DNA from: an uncultured Candidatus Melainabacteria bacterium
GTDB lineage: Bacteria > Cyanobacteriota > Vampirovibrionia > Gastranaerophilales > Gastranaerophilaceae
Reading direction: 5' to 3'
Length of the DNA: 26,297 nucleotides
NCBI GenBank assembly: GCA_946622835.1
Contig: CAMOQI010000001.1
Coordinates: 1 to 26,297, forward strand
Positions 25,368 to 26,297 of the stretch are shown here, piece after piece. Position 1 is the first letter of the stretch, and the number at the start of each line of letters is the position of its first letter. The translations under genes were made by a program, and so were the position numbers. Below the pieces are notes generated by a model that saw only the letters and a program-made list of their open reading frames with translations, was not told the origin of the DNA and did not search any database.

Positions 25368-26162
25368 TTATTTTTTCAATAAATGTTGCACTTTATCATT
25401 TATTTTTGCCATAAAATCAGTTGTTCTTTTTTGAAAATCTTGAGTTAATTTATTTACTTCTTGTTCTTTACCTGTAAGCCTTGCAATTCTTCTAAATTCT
25501 TTACTTTCCGGAGCTACTTGAATATTTGCACCGTACATATCACCATATCTTGCTTGTGCTTGAAATTTTCCTGCTTTGCGAGATACATTTAATGCAATAT
25601 CATCTGTTAACGCATTTAATGATTTACCACCATCTAAAAATGCATTTGCTGTAACAGCTTCACCTTTGCGACCAAGAGATAATCTTGCTTTTATAACATT
25701 ATTTGCCGCTCCGGGATTTGTCATAGAAACAGCACCTGTTCCGATAACACTTTTACCATCCATAAATCTTACACCTGCAACAGTATATCCTGAACCTTGC
25801 TCTGTAGATTTATAAGAAATTTTTATTTTTGGATTTTTTGTTCGTTTTAAAAATTCTTTTAAAAATGGTTTATTTTTTGTCGGAACAAGCCTTAATTGAG
25901 TTTTTGTTAAGGTAAATGAACCTTCTGTACCTTTTAATTTTAATAAAGATTCATATACTTTTTCTAAAAGTGATTTTTTAGGTAATTTTATTTCCGGAAT
26001 TTTTTCAAAATCAAATTTTGCAACCTTAACTTTTCCATCAAAATTTATACCTTTCAATGCCCCTTTGTTCAAAACTTTTGCCGCATTTTTTACATAATCT
26101 CTTGCAACAACTTTTGCTGCAATTTTTTCTGCTGCATACATACCAATCTTTCCAATTCCCAT
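25368..26162 (-). CDS. Hypothetical Lys-rich basic protein (264 aa)
   Basis: Long open frame, SD AAGGAG 8 nt upstream and its own terminator. No recognisable domain. Confidence 0.85.
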   Translation of the reverse strand: MGIGKIGMYAAEKIAAKVVARDYVKNAAKVLNKGALKGINFDGKVKVAKFDFEKIPEIKLPKKSLLEKVYESLLKLKGTEGSFTLTKTQLRLVPTKNKPFLKEFLKRTKNPKIKISYKSTEQGSGYTVAGVRFMDGKSVIGTGAVSMTNPGAANNVIKARLSLGRKGEAVTANAFLDGGKSLNALTDDIALNVSRKAGKFQAQARYGDMYGANIQVAPESKEFRRIARLTGKEQEVNKLTQDFQKRTTDFMAKINDKVQHLLKK

Positions 26163-26174
26163 AATAATTTCTCC

Positions 26175-26218
26175 TTTACTTTCTAAATGTGTTTCCCCTT
26201 ATACTTTTAGAAAGTAAA
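26175..26218. promoter_or_regulatory. 13-bp inverted repeat abutting the RBS of the 25368-26162 gene
   Basis: TTTACTTTCTAAA (26175-26187) and TTTAGAAAGTAAA (26206-26218), 18-nt spacer. Confidence 0.65.
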
Positions 26219-26242
26219 ATCGGCTCAAAAGATTGCTATACA

Positions 26243-26272
26243 CCCATCCCATCATATCATATCATATCATAT
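26243..26272. repeat. Pentanucleotide tandem repeat (CCCAT)2 / (ATCAT)4
   Basis: Directly visible: cccatcccatcatatcatatcatatcatat. Confidence 0.7.
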
Positions 26273-26297
26273 AGGGCATTATAACTGGGTTTGAGCC

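Noticed and set aside
297-25815. Numerous antisense or alternate-frame ORFs in the track (e.g. 297-587, 4406-4630, 6023-6478, 11927-12298, 15030-15452, 19508-19984, 22893-23249, 25576-25815)
   Set aside because: They lie wholly over well-supported genes, lack motifs and RBSs, and have the composition of shadow ORFs.
1-26297. CRISPR array, tRNA/rRNA, IS transposase, prophage or anti-phage defence genes
   Set aside because: No regularly spaced repeats, cloverleaf or rRNA signatures, or transposase, integrase or nuclease motifs were found.

Overview
AT-rich bacterial chromosomal window of about 27 tightly packed genes, with no rRNA, tRNA, CRISPR array, prophage or transposase detected. Gene content (cyanobacteria-like Ycf45-type ATPase, Lpt LPS-transport genes, several short orphan proteins, low GC) is most consistent with a non-photosynthetic Cyanobacteriota relative (Melainabacteria/Gastranaerophilales). 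This assignment is an inference, not a search result. Housekeeping genes are hit, htpX, speE, thiL, rsmD, folD, grpE, dnaJ, dnaN, hisS and gloA. Envelope genes are a GT9 heptosyltransferase-like enzyme, lptB, two separated LptF/LptG permeases, a LicD-family and an ArnT-like transferase, an exported phosphodiester glycosidase and an exported beta-propeller. There is one GAF-GGDEF-HD-GYP protein whose HD motif reads YD. The most notable signals not explained by the gene list are: (1) a CGTC-tagged palindromic repeat present as a nested intergenic copy and as an in-frame copy inside rsmD (EILRRKAQSD); (2) six genes with a TAnnnT -10 box exactly 6 nt before the ATG and no Shine-Dalgarno, suggesting leaderless mRNAs; (3) a terminator-like hairpin at the predicted speE transcription start; (4) a three-hairpin structured intergenic region at 25.2-25.4 kb; (5) convergent gene pairs that abut with no room for terminators. 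Both ends of the window look like possible contig edges.
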